Origin: Patescibacteria group bacterium
GTDB lineage: Bacteria; Patescibacteriota; Minisyncoccia; Phycocordibacterales; GCA-2747955
Assembly (NCBI GenBank): GCA_048538215.1
Contig: JBLYPV010000001.1
Location: 397,499 to 461,498, forward strand
Direction: 5' to 3'
Length of the DNA stretch: 64,000 bases
A program made the position numbers and the translations under genes. The notes beneath the pieces were generated by a model. The model searched no databases. It worked only from the letters and a program-made list of their open reading frames with translations, and had not been told where the DNA came from. Below, piece by piece: positions 1-8,985 of this stretch; position 1 is the first letter of the stretch, and every line of letters starts with the position of its first letter.

Positions 1-2
1 AG

Positions 3-755
3 ATGCGCTTTGATCTCACAGAAGGATTCCCCGCTGTAACAAGCAAGAAACTTGCTTTCAAATCGGTGCTATCTGAATTGCTATGGTTTATCGAAGGCTC
101 TGGTGATGAGCGTCGGCTCTGTGAAATTCTGTATGGCTCTCGTGACGCTTCGAAACGCACTATTTGGACTGATAATGCCCAAGCCCCCTATTGGCTCGAC
201 CGAGGACTGGCACAATTTGAAGGAGATCTGGGGCGAGTATACGGTGTCCAGTGGCGTAATTGGACCAATAGTGATGGTGAAGTATTTGACCAGCTCAAAG
301 AGGTGATCGAGCGGATAAAAAAAGATCCTCACGACCGACGGCTTATTGTATCCGCCTGGAATCCAGGTGAGTTGCACAAGATGGCCCTTCCTCCCTGCCA
401 CCGTGATTTTCAATTCTATGTAGCAAATGGTGAGATTTCACTCCATATGAACCAGCGTTCTTGTGATATGTTTTTGGGAGTACCTTTCAATATTGCAAGC
501 TACTCAATGCTTCTTGCTATGATCGCTCAAGTAACAGGGCTTCGTGCTAAGGAAGCAGTCTTTACCTTTAATGATGCGCATATTTATCATAATCATTTCG
601 ATGCAGTACAACAACAACTCGAGCGCAGCCCCGGCGCCCTACCCACTCTCTGGGTAAACCCAGAGATACAAAGTATCGATGACTTTACTATGGATGATAT
701 TAAGCTCGAAAATTATACACCCCAAGAAACTATCAAAGCACCGATGGCTGTATAA
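3..755 (+). CDS. thyA: thymidylate synthase, 5-prime truncated at window edge
   Basis: Near full-length match to ThyA motifs: RFDL..GFP..TSKK, LLWFI.G, active-site PPCH, DAHIY. The N-terminal ~25 aa of a canonical ThyA are missing, so the gene starts upstream of the window. Confidence 0.9.
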   Translation: MRFDLTEGFPAVTSKKLAFKSVLSELLWFIEGSGDERRLCEILYGSRDASKRTIWTDNAQAPYWLDRGLAQFEGDLGRVYGVQWRNWTNSDGEVFDQLKEVIERIKKDPHDRRLIVSAWNPGELHKMALPPCHRDFQFYVANGEISLHMNQRSCDMFLGVPFNIASYSMLLAMIAQVTGLRAKEAVFTFNDAHIYHNHFDAVQQQLERSPGALPTLWVNPEIQSIDDFTMDDIKLENYTPQETIKAPMAV

Positions 756-784
756 GATACGCTCTATGATATAATCCTCATATT

Positions 785-1453
785 ATGGCACTATCAGACA
801 AGCAAATCTTGAAAGAAAAGAAAAAAGGTGACGTGGTGATTACTCCCTTTAATCGAGAAAATCTTAATACCTCAAGCTACGATGTGACTCTCGGAGAATA
901 TTTTTTCCGCGAGAAAACACACGATGGTATCCATCCTATCTACAACATCTATGATAAATCCCACACCGATCGAGTATGGGGCACCCGGGCCGAGCGTGCT
1001 TTGCAAGCTAAACAAGTATTTAAAGGCGTGGACTTTGACTATGTAGGCATTAAGCCTTCCGACCGGGTGATTCTTATGCAACCAGGCGAGACTATTTTGG
1101 CACATACCAGAGAATTTATTGGTGGCAAACACCATATTACTACCCAAATGCAAGCGCGCTCAACACTTGGACGAAACTTTATCGAGGTATGTAAATGTGC
1201 TGGCTGGGGAGACGTGGGCTATATCAATCGTTGGACTATGGAGATTACTAATAATTCTCGCTCACAGGTGATCCCCTTGGTAGTAGGGCGACGAGTAGCT
1301 CAGATTGTATTCCTGGAAACTGGTGAGATTCTTGATACTGATTACTCCAAAAGTGGTAAATATCAAACAAGTAATGACTTGGCTGTTCTCAAAAAGCAGT
1401 GGAAGCCAGAAGATATGCTACCCAAGGCCTATAAAGATCGGGATATTAAGTAA
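785..1453 (+). CDS. dcd: dCTP deaminase family (dUTPase fold)
   Basis: N-terminal ILSD..I..PF....SYDVTLG and ARSTLGR motifs typical of Dcd. Lies 30 nt after the thyA stop. Confidence 0.75.
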   Translation: MALSDKQILKEKKKGDVVITPFNRENLNTSSYDVTLGEYFFREKTHDGIHPIYNIYDKSHTDRVWGTRAERALQAKQVFKGVDFDYVGIKPSDRVILMQPGETILAHTREFIGGKHHITTQMQARSTLGRNFIEVCKCAGWGDVGYINRWTMEITNNSRSQVIPLVVGRRVAQIVFLETGEILDTDYSKSGKYQTSNDLAVLKKQWKPEDMLPKAYKDRDIK

Positions 1454-1573
1454 GAGCGCAGTTTTTCAGCTTACTTAGGGACCCGGTCCCTAAGTGGATA
1501 GTCTCTTCTTCTTCAAAACAAGAGACTATGCATTTAATTATGTACACGGTGTTGTGGTGCTATACTAAATACT

Positions 1574-1966
1574 ATGAAAAAAGAATTGGAGCAGTTATTG
1601 GAATTTCATCAGTCGTTTGGCGCCTACTGGCAAACAGAGGCCAATATTGATATTCCTGATGAGATTCGCCAAGTGCGTAAAACGCTAATTAGCGAAGAAG
1701 CAAAAGAGGTGTGTGAGGCCATTGATAACGAGCCACTAGAGAACATTGCTAAAGAATTGGCTGATTTACTATATGTGACATACGGAGCAATTATTAATTA
1801 TGGATTACAAGATAAAATAGAAGAAATATTTGCTGAGGTACACCGCAGTAATATGTCGAAGCTCGGTGAAGATGGTAAACCAGTGTTGCGCGAGGATGGT
1901 AAGGTGCTTAAAGGCCCCCATTATTCACCTGCAGATGTTAGATCTATATTGGAATCAAACAATTAG
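1574..1966 (+). CDS. MazG-like all-alpha nucleoside triphosphate pyrophosphohydrolase, candidate dUTP/dCTP pyrophosphatase
   Basis: 130 aa with the EE..E..D metal-binding helices (EEAKEVCEAID, ELADLLYVTYG, EVHRSNMSK) of the MazG/HisE superfamily. Extended -10 TGcTATACT sits 7 nt before the ATG. Confidence 0.6.
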   Translation: MKKELEQLLEFHQSFGAYWQTEANIDIPDEIRQVRKTLISEEAKEVCEAIDNEPLENIAKELADLLYVTYGAIINYGLQDKIEEIFAEVHRSNMSKLGEDGKPVLREDGKVLKGPHYSPADVRSILESNN

Positions 1967-2041
1967 CTAGGTATTTGGCAGTCTTTCATATAAGTTTCGT
2001 ATAAAAAAATGAAAGAGCTACCCAGTAGACTCACGACGAAT

Positions 2042-2070
2042 AAAAAAACGAGCAGATGCTCGTTTTTTAT
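2042..2070. terminator. bidirectional rho-independent terminator between mazG-like (+) and rplK (-)
   Basis: Hairpin ACGAGCA-GAT-GCTCGT flanked by an A7 run and a T6 run. Confidence 0.6.
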
Positions 2071-2080
2071 TACTTTTGTA

Positions 2081-2500
2081 TTACTTGATCTCTATTCCCA
2101 TACTCTTGCACGACCCCTCTATTACCTTTACTGCCTCATCTATTGAATGACAATTTAAATCAGGTATTTTTTTCTCGGCAATCTCTCGAGCTTGATCCAT
2201 AGTAATCGAGCCCACACGCTTGCTACTTGCTTTGGGTGATCCTGATTTGATTCCTGCTGCTTTTTTGATTAAGTGAGTGGTAGGAGTAGTCTTGTATGTG
2301 ACTTTAAAACTCCGATCATCAAAAACATTAATAAGCACGGAGATCGGCTCTCCCATTTTATCTTTTGTAGCTTCATTGAATTGATTGGTGAATTCACCAA
2401 TATTAATTCCCGCTGACCCCAAAATGGGCCCAATTGGTGGAGCAGGAGTGGCTTGCCCTCCTGGAGCTACGAGTCGTACTTTTTTGATAATTTCTGCCAT
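2081..2500 (-). CDS. rplK: 50S ribosomal protein L11
   Basis: Full-length L11 sequence: PPIGPILG, GINIGEF..FN, SFKVTYKTTPT. Confidence 0.95.
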   Translation of the reverse strand: MAEIIKKVRLVAPGGQATPAPPIGPILGSAGINIGEFTNQFNEATKDKMGEPISVLINVFDDRSFKVTYKTTPTTHLIKKAAGIKSGSPKASSKRVGSITMDQAREIAEKKIPDLNCHSIDEAVKVIEGSCKSMGIEIK

Positions 2501-2788
2501 AGTGTGATATTTAGTGCGCTTGAAGCTTTGCGCCTATTACTAAATGTGCGTAACAGTGCGAGTATTCTACCCTAGAATACAAAAATATCAAATTTATCCG
2601 CAGACTCAAAATCGTGTCACGAAAATTAAATTTTCCAATATATATATATATCGGAAGGATATATATTACGCTATTTTAGGTGTGCGGGATTGCCCAATAC
2701 ATAGACCTAGGATAATGGCAATAGACAAGCGCGTCGGGAGACGCGCTTGTTATTTTAATTTTTGGTTTTAATTTGTATACAATTCAAC

Positions 2789-3340
2789 CTAGATTGATTG
2801 TACTTGTAGAGAATCAAGCTCTACTTCTGTTTCTCGACCAAACATTGATACTGATACTTTTACCTTTCCTGTAATCGGATCAAAGCTTGTGATACTTCCC
2901 TCGGTATCTTTGAAAGGCCCATCAACAATAATTATCGGCTCGCCTTGGGTGAAGACTGATTCGTGTCTGGAGGTATCTTGCTTCATACGATTTACTATAT
3001 CGAGCATCTCTTTGTCGGTCACCGGTACTGGATTGACGCCCGTACCTACAAAGCCCGTTACTCGTGGAGTATTTCGCACGACATACCATGATTTGTCATC
3101 GACCACCATATCTACAAGGATGTAGCCGGGGAATACTTTTTCATCCTCCTCTACCCGCTTTCCTCCTTTGATTTTAATTGTCTTTTCGGTGGGAACAATG
3201 GCATCAAAAATTTTCTCTGTCATCCCCATTGATTCTGCCCGCTGTAGCAAATTACGCACAACAGCATCTTCGTATCCTGCGTAGGTATGAATAGCATACC
3301 AATTACGCATACCCCCTGTGTCTTGTTTTTGTGCTGACAT
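2789..3340 (-). CDS. nusG: transcription antitermination factor NusG
   Basis: WYAIHTYAGYE NGN domain plus KOW motif (GEPIIIVDGPFKDTEGSI). The ORF-track start at 3469 runs into secE in another frame; an internal ATG at 3340 gives a 183-aa NusG. Confidence 0.85.
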   Translation of the reverse strand: MSAQKQDTGGMRNWYAIHTYAGYEDAVVRNLLQRAESMGMTEKIFDAIVPTEKTIKIKGGKRVEEDEKVFPGYILVDMVVDDKSWYVVRNTPRVTGFVGTGVNPVPVTDKEMLDIVNRMKQDTSRHESVFTQGEPIIIVDGPFKDTEGSITSFDPITGKVKVSVSMFGRETEVELDSLQVQSI

Positions 3341-3345
3341 ATATA

Positions 3346-3522
3346 TTAAATAAGAGATTGAATAATTTCGGAGAAAAAGAAGTCGAAAATTCCGAGGTAT
3401 AGAGCGGTAGCAATAGAAAGTATTACTACAATTGTTGTAAGGGTGATGGTGGTGGCTTTGCTTGGCCATCTGACATGGCGCAATTCTGCACGCACATCAC
3501 GAAGATACTGGGTAATTTGCAT
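3346..3522 (-). CDS. secE: preprotein translocase subunit SecE (58 aa, absent from the >=60 aa ORF track)
   Basis: My translation is MQITQYLRDVRAELRHVRWPSKATTITLTTIVVILSIATALYLGIFDFFFSEIIQSLI. It has the SecE V..EL..V.WP motif and a single TM helix, in the conserved position just upstream of nusG. Confidence 0.65.
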   Translation of the reverse strand: MQITQYLRDVRAELRHVRWPSKATTITLTTIVVILSIATALYLGIFDFFFSEIIQSLI

Positions 3523-3656
3523 AAATATGTATTAACAATTCGATTAATTTTAAAAGCCCTCTGGGGGCTTAATAACTGAAATAATACTCTGAATTATGCA
3601 AAATGCAAGCCGATAGATTGTATCCTTTATTGCAGATTTTTTGAGAGGCTCTCAAA

Positions 3657-3693
3657 GTAGAATTTAGTGTCAGGTGCAAATAAATACTACCCT
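3657..3693. repeat. 37-nt hairpin motif, copy 1 (copy 2 at 21038-21074)
   Basis: GTAGaATTTAGTGTCAGGTGCAAATAAATACTACCCT matches the second copy at 36 of 37 positions. Arms ATTT...AAAT/TACTACC are self-complementary. Confidence 0.6.
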
Positions 3694-3739
3694 CTCTTGC
3701 TTGCTTTGGTGATGTGGATATCCGTAGGTGGTGAGGTGC

Positions 3740-6700
3740 CTATTCTTTTCTACTCTTGGTAATAATGTAGGTCATAGCAAGTGCCAATACAAGCCCTGCA
3801 TACAAACCAAAAGCGGTAGAGATACTTGATTGGTTAGCTAAGACTGCTACTCCGATAAGTGCCCCAGTGGGTAAAATAAGAATAATAGCAGTATGTATTA
3901 TCCAGCTCCATACACTCTTCCATGAGCCGTAAGCAAAGCCCTCGAATCGTCGATAGAGAAGTGGAATCATCGCGAGCGTGATGAAGACGCAAAAGAATAA
4001 ACCAAAGATAATAGCGTAAGCAATAGGCGCCCAAATAGCACTAGCATAGAGCAAAGGACTTACCCCAATAATAGTGGTGAGAGTGGTGAGCAGTATAGGA
4101 CGCAGACGCATCACTGATCCTTCGATTACCACCTCGCTGATTGTCCAATCTGGATGCGTAATCCTAAGCTCATTAAATACTGATACTAAAATCAAGGAAT
4201 TATTTACCACAATCCCAAAGAGCGCTATGGTGCCGAGCATTGCAGGAAATGACAAGCTATTGCCTGAAATAAAGAGCCCAATAAGCACCCCTGCTAGGGC
4301 ATAGAACAAGACCGACATCACGATCAAGACTTGTCGCCAGCGACCAAATTGAAGTATAAGAATTGCAAACATCAAAAACAATCCAGCTATAAGCGCTACA
4401 AATATCTCTTGGAATGATTCATTTTGCTCAGCTTGCTCACCGCCAAAGCTATAGACTACCCCGTCTGATACTAAGTCATCTAAATTGTGATTAAATTCTT
4501 TGCGAAGCTCCTCTTTATTAAAGCCGGCTTCAATATCAGCAGTAATACCTACAAAGCGATTGCCGTCTTGGTGGCGAATTACCGTATTAGCTTCTTGAAG
4601 CTCGATATCAATCATACTCCCCAAGCTAATAGCTACGCCTTGTGGATTTTTTACAGAAAGAGCACGGAGCTTATCTGGAGTGATGCGATTTGTTTGAGTA
4701 TCTGTAAGCTCATCGAATGCCAAGCTATTTTTGACCATCACTCGAACATCTTCATTACTTCGAGTAATGGTAAAGACCTCTATCCCCTCGGTAGCCCCCT
4801 GAATTGCTTGAGCAATTTGAAAAATACTAATCCCAAACCGACTTGCTGCACTTCGATCTACTATAATTGCAAATCCAGCAGTATTGCCCGGTAAGGTGGT
4901 ATTAACATTGTATACCCCAGGCACTTCACGCAAGGCTTGGGCAATCCGACGAGCATCTGGAGCAAGTATTGCTGTATCTTCTGAATTAAGTGTAATATCA
5001 ATAGCAGACCCTGTAGGTGGCCCACCCCCTCCCGAAATAAGCTCAGCATATTCAAAATCTGCCCCTTCAAGTACTCTCCGCAGATCACTCAAAAGCATCT
5101 CCCCCTCTGATACAAGCTCGCTCTTGATATTGAGAATAATATTGGCATACTGCTCACCTACTTCTACATTCTCACTGTATACAGAAGTCTTACCAATGGT
5201 AGTGACAAAAGACTCCAGATAATCATACTCCTGTAATTTTTGCTCCACTTTGCTCACTGCTTCGCTTGTTTGATCAAGGGTTGTGCCACTTTCAAGCTCA
5301 ATGGCAATATAGGCAAATTCAATATCTCCTGAAGGGAAAAACTCTGTTTTTACAAGCCCAAAGCCCACGAGCGCTAAAGAGGAAAAGGCAACGAGCGTAA
5401 TACCTACCTGAAATATTCGACGGATATGCGTATGATGGAGCAAAGTATGTAAAAGACGGCGATAGTAAGCATTAAGACGCTCAAAAAAACGAGTTGCCCA
5501 TGGAGTAGTATGACTCTGCACATAGTCGCGATTCTTTAAAAAACTTGCACACAAGACAGTCACAAAGCCGAGCGAAACTACCATAGCTGAAAGTAGCACC
5601 AAAATAACAGTAAAAGGAATACTACGGATAAATTGACCTACAATCCCTGAAAGGAATAGTAGAGGGAAAAAGACTGCCACTGTGGTCATCGTGCCTGCCA
5701 AAAGTGGTAAGCCAAATTCTCGTACCGTAGCGAGCGCGGCTTCTTGCCGACGCATTCCTTCAGCCACCTTGGTATTGATACCCTCTACCACAACAATTGC
5801 AGAGTCTACCAAAATACCAATAGAGAGGATGAGAGCAAAAAGAGAAATAAAATTAATGGTATTGCCCACCATAAGAAAAGCCACGAAAGCAAGCATAAAT
5901 GAAAGCGGGATGGATAGAGCTGCAATAAATGATTCGCGCAAGCCGACAAAAATCATCAGTACAGCCAAGACAAGGAGCATGGTCTGCAAGCCACTCTTGC
6001 TTAAATTACCCAAATCACGCTTGATACTTTCGCCCATATCGAACGTCACTACCGTATCTATTCCTTGAAGGGTGCTCTTCTCTAAACTTGCAAGCGTAGT
6101 ATTAATTTCATCAGTAATCCGAGTAATGTCGCCACCACTTGTCTTGCTCACATTGATGGTGACGGCCTGCTTAATCTCTCCTTTCCCAAGCCCCACTCGT
6201 GTAAAGGTATCGCGAGGGACAAAGCCTGTTTGTACGCGAGCAACATCAGAAACGGTAACGAGCGAATCGCCACTATATGCAAGCGGTATTCGGGGGATTT
6301 CTTCTTCTGAAAGGACTCGCGAAGCTACCTCGATAGGATAAGGTATATTTGCAATCTCCAAGGACCCCCCCGGCACGCTTATACTACTATTTGAAAGGAT
6401 GTTGATTATAGAATTGTAATCAAGCTTATATTGAGCGAGCCGTCGATTATCAATAAGGACTGACACCTCTTTGTCGGGGATACCATCAACCATCACTTGG
6501 GCTACGCCATTGATAGCTTCAATTTTTTCTACCACTTCATCTACTATTTGTTCGAAGCTAAAAAGTGGTAGCGATGATACGAGCGAAACACTCAAAATTG
6601 GCTGTGATGAAAAATCAATCTTACTTACCCGTGGATCATTGCCATCGGCTGGCAAATCTGGAATTGCTTGGTCGATTGCATCCTTAAGCGCATCCACACG

Positions 6701-7012
6701 CTCATCAATATCCTCACCTTGATTGAATGATACGGTAATACTAGAAATGCCTGATCGAGATACGGAAGTGTATTCATCTATTCCTTGTACGCCATCGATT
6801 TGCTTCTCAAGTGGATCAGTCACCAGTATTTCAACATCGCTAGCAGATGCTCCAAAATACGAAGTATTGACCACAGCAATGGGCAAATCAATTTCAGGGG
6901 CGGATTCTTTGGGAATCACCATAAGCGCGTAGCTTCCTGCTACAACCACAAGCGCCATTACAAAATAAGCAAACGCACGATTATCGAGAAAAAATTTCCA
7001 AATTGATAGCAT
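3740..7012 (-). CDS. RND family efflux transporter (AcrB/HAE1-like), 12-TM with two large periplasmic loops
   Basis: 1090 aa with typical RND N-terminus (FF..R.....V..L.V..G......PKE..P....P...V.T.Y.GAS) and repeated TM bundles. Confidence 0.9.
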   Translation of the reverse strand: MLSIWKFFLDNRAFAYFVMALVVVAGSYALMVIPKESAPEIDLPIAVVNTSYFGASASDVEILVTDPLEKQIDGVQGIDEYTSVSRSGISSITVSFNQGEDIDERVDALKDAIDQAIPDLPADGNDPRVSKIDFSSQPILSVSLVSSLPLFSFEQIVDEVVEKIEAINGVAQVMVDGIPDKEVSVLIDNRRLAQYKLDYNSIINILSNSSISVPGGSLEIANIPYPIEVASRVLSEEEIPRIPLAYSGDSLVTVSDVARVQTGFVPRDTFTRVGLGKGEIKQAVTINVSKTSGGDITRITDEINTTLASLEKSTLQGIDTVVTFDMGESIKRDLGNLSKSGLQTMLLVLAVLMIFVGLRESFIAALSIPLSFMLAFVAFLMVGNTINFISLFALILSIGILVDSAIVVVEGINTKVAEGMRRQEAALATVREFGLPLLAGTMTTVAVFFPLLFLSGIVGQFIRSIPFTVILVLLSAMVVSLGFVTVLCASFLKNRDYVQSHTTPWATRFFERLNAYYRRLLHTLLHHTHIRRIFQVGITLVAFSSLALVGFGLVKTEFFPSGDIEFAYIAIELESGTTLDQTSEAVSKVEQKLQEYDYLESFVTTIGKTSVYSENVEVGEQYANIILNIKSELVSEGEMLLSDLRRVLEGADFEYAELISGGGGPPTGSAIDITLNSEDTAILAPDARRIAQALREVPGVYNVNTTLPGNTAGFAIIVDRSAASRFGISIFQIAQAIQGATEGIEVFTITRSNEDVRVMVKNSLAFDELTDTQTNRITPDKLRALSVKNPQGVAISLGSMIDIELQEANTVIRHQDGNRFVGITADIEAGFNKEELRKEFNHNLDDLVSDGVVYSFGGEQAEQNESFQEIFVALIAGLFLMFAILILQFGRWRQVLIVMSVLFYALAGVLIGLFISGNSLSFPAMLGTIALFGIVVNNSLILVSVFNELRITHPDWTISEVVIEGSVMRLRPILLTTLTTIIGVSPLLYASAIWAPIAYAIIFGLFFCVFITLAMIPLLYRRFEGFAYGSWKSVWSWIIHTAIILILPTGALIGVAVLANQSSISTAFGLYAGLVLALAMTYIITKSRKE

Positions 7013-7016
7013 AGTA

Positions 7017-8567
7017 TTATATTTCTATCTCTGCTCCATCTTCGGTGGCTCGAGCACTAGCAACAATTGTCATACCATCTTCAAGCCCCTTTGTAACTTC
7101 TACATACTCACCATAGAGATCTGCCACCTCTATTGCTTGTGCTACTGCCACTCCAGCTTCCACCCGATACACATAAGGGAGCTCATTGCGTACAAAAATC
7201 GCTGAGATGGGCACTTTGATGCTCGTGCCCAGCTCTCGCGGACTAATAGCAAGCTCTACTCCCATACCAGATATTAGATTGGCGTCCTTGTGCGTCACCA
7301 CCGCTTGTACTGCCACCTCCCCGGTAGCCGTATTGACACTTGGTGAGATAGCCGAGATCCGTGCATCATAGCGATCATTGACGCGTACGCTATCTCCAAT
7401 AGCTATACGCAAAGCATCTTGGATACTAACGCTCGTATCAATCCTCAAAGCAGACTCATTTGAAATTGTGGCGAGGTGAGTGCTGGGCCCCACAAGAGCT
7501 CCAACCCGCACATCAATATCACTAATAGTGCCCGCTACTGGAGCGCTAATGACTGTGCGATTGAAAGCTAATTGTGCTGAATTAACCCGAGCCTTGGCCT
7601 GCGCAACATCGGCGAGAGCAATAGCGAGCTCTTCACTGCTAGCTCCGTCGAGAGCATCTTTTAAATTATTTTCTGCGGTAGTGAGCGCTTCCCCTGCTTG
7701 CTTGTACGCTCCCTCAGCATTTGCCAGAGAAGAGGATTGGGTGGAGATAACTTGGGATATGGCACGCAAAATGTTTAGATATGTATCTTTGGTAGGTGCA
7801 CTCATCTTGCCATCTGAAAAAGCTTGGATGTGTGCGATGAGATCATTGACCAGCCCTTGGTACTCTGTGAGGACTGCCTTGGTATCAGTGTAGCTAGCGC
7901 TTGATTTTGCTTGCTCGAGCTTGTTTTGTAGGGCGACCCGTGAAGCATCTAGTGGATATCTATCTGAGATAGGATCTGCAAGGATTGAAAGCCGAGCATT
8001 ATATTTTGTGCCATTGATAAAAAAATGTGCGTCGAGATTGTTTTGTAATGAATCTCCCACCGTGGCAAATATTGAATCCATAGTATTTTCAAAATTTGAT
8101 TTTGCCTGATCACGATTTGCTCGAGCTGATTGAACAGCGCTTTCTAGATTGGCAATATCTACCTCCCGAGCACCATCAACGATCTGTCGGTAGCGCGCCT
8201 CGGCACTTGAAAGAGATGCTCGAGCGCTTGAGAGCTCTTGCTTTTGCGAATCATTATTAAGTACAAGTAGTGTGCGGCCAGCTTGCACGGTGCTCCCCAC
8301 CTGCACACGCACTCCCTCGATAATACCCTGGATTTCTGGATAAATATCTACCTGTGAGATCGACACTACCTCTCCGTAGCTCGTGATGGGCTCTTGCTTT
8401 GTTTCTTCTCCTATAGTGATTGTTTTTACTGCTTGGGGCGAAGTAGCATCATCTACATCTTCGTCTTCAAGCTGAGGATTATTTTTGTTGGCGAATAATA
8501 AGCCCCCGACAATAAGTACAATGACGAGCGCAAAAATTATTTTCCATATGTGTTGCTGTATATTCAT
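7017..8567 (-). CDS. efflux membrane-fusion (periplasmic adaptor) protein with extended coiled-coil hairpin
   Basis: N-terminal TM anchor, biotinyl/lipoyl-like motifs (YGEVVSISQVDIYPEIQGIIEGVRVQVGSTVQAGRTLLVL ... VISAPVAGTISDIDVRVGALV). Ends 5 nt before the RND gene. Confidence 0.8.
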   Translation of the reverse strand: MNIQQHIWKIIFALVIVLIVGGLLFANKNNPQLEDEDVDDATSPQAVKTITIGEETKQEPITSYGEVVSISQVDIYPEIQGIIEGVRVQVGSTVQAGRTLLVLNNDSQKQELSSARASLSSAEARYRQIVDGAREVDIANLESAVQSARANRDQAKSNFENTMDSIFATVGDSLQNNLDAHFFINGTKYNARLSILADPISDRYPLDASRVALQNKLEQAKSSASYTDTKAVLTEYQGLVNDLIAHIQAFSDGKMSAPTKDTYLNILRAISQVISTQSSSLANAEGAYKQAGEALTTAENNLKDALDGASSEELAIALADVAQAKARVNSAQLAFNRTVISAPVAGTISDIDVRVGALVGPSTHLATISNESALRIDTSVSIQDALRIAIGDSVRVNDRYDARISAISPSVNTATGEVAVQAVVTHKDANLISGMGVELAISPRELGTSIKVPISAIFVRNELPYVYRVEAGVAVAQAIEVADLYGEYVEVTKGLEDGMTIVASARATEDGAEIEI

Positions 8568-8668
8568 AAGTATAAAACTACAAAATTATTGGACTATCAT
8601 AACACATTGACAAAAATAATAAAAGCTTGTTTGGATTATAAAAAGCCCCTTGGGGCTTTGTGCATGTA

Positions 8669-8742
8669 GGGTGCCTACCCGGAATCGAACCGGAATTACC
8701 AGGACCACAACCTGGTGTAATAACCGTTATACCATAGGCACC
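8669..8742 (-). tRNA. tRNA-His (anticodon GTG)
   Basis: Reverse complement folds as a cloverleaf: acceptor GGTGCCT/AGGCACC, anticodon arm CCAGG-TTGTGGT-CCTGG, T-loop TTCGATT. Followed by terminator hairpin AAGCCCCTTGGGGCTTT. Confidence 0.75.
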
Positions 8743-8815
8743 ATATTCTTTTGTGTATTATACCCTTGATGCTCTATGCTTGGTCCTGGGAGGACCACTC
8801 TGGATTACTACTTGG

Positions 8816-8843
8816 GTGTAATAACCGTTATACCATAGGCACC
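8816..8843 (-). repeat. partial duplicate of the tRNA-His 5-prime half (pseudo-tRNA fragment)
   Basis: GTGTAATAACCGTTATACCATAGGCACC is identical to 8715-8742. The downstream part diverges and has no T-arm or acceptor 3-prime strand. Confidence 0.45.
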
Positions 8844-8985
8844 ATTCGATCAGAAACTTTCGTTTCGTGTCGCGTATTATAGAGTATTTTATAGCTTTTT
8901 CAATCATTTAAAAATAAAAAGATGTTTGATAAAGGTTTACAGCTACCTTATAATGCTATGTATTAGTGAACTAATAATCTCAATT

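Noticed and set aside
2544-2771. 75-aa plus-strand ORF in the nusG-rplK spacer
   Set aside because: Composition is AT-rich junk (YIYRKDIYY). It lies in an expected leader region and has no SD.
4074-6932. Multiple 60-135-aa ORFs on the plus strand inside the RND gene (and similar ones antisense to nrdJ, the MFP, the recombinase and the GH gene)
   Set aside because: They are antisense to long, well-supported CDSs with low-complexity translations, typical of antisense noise.
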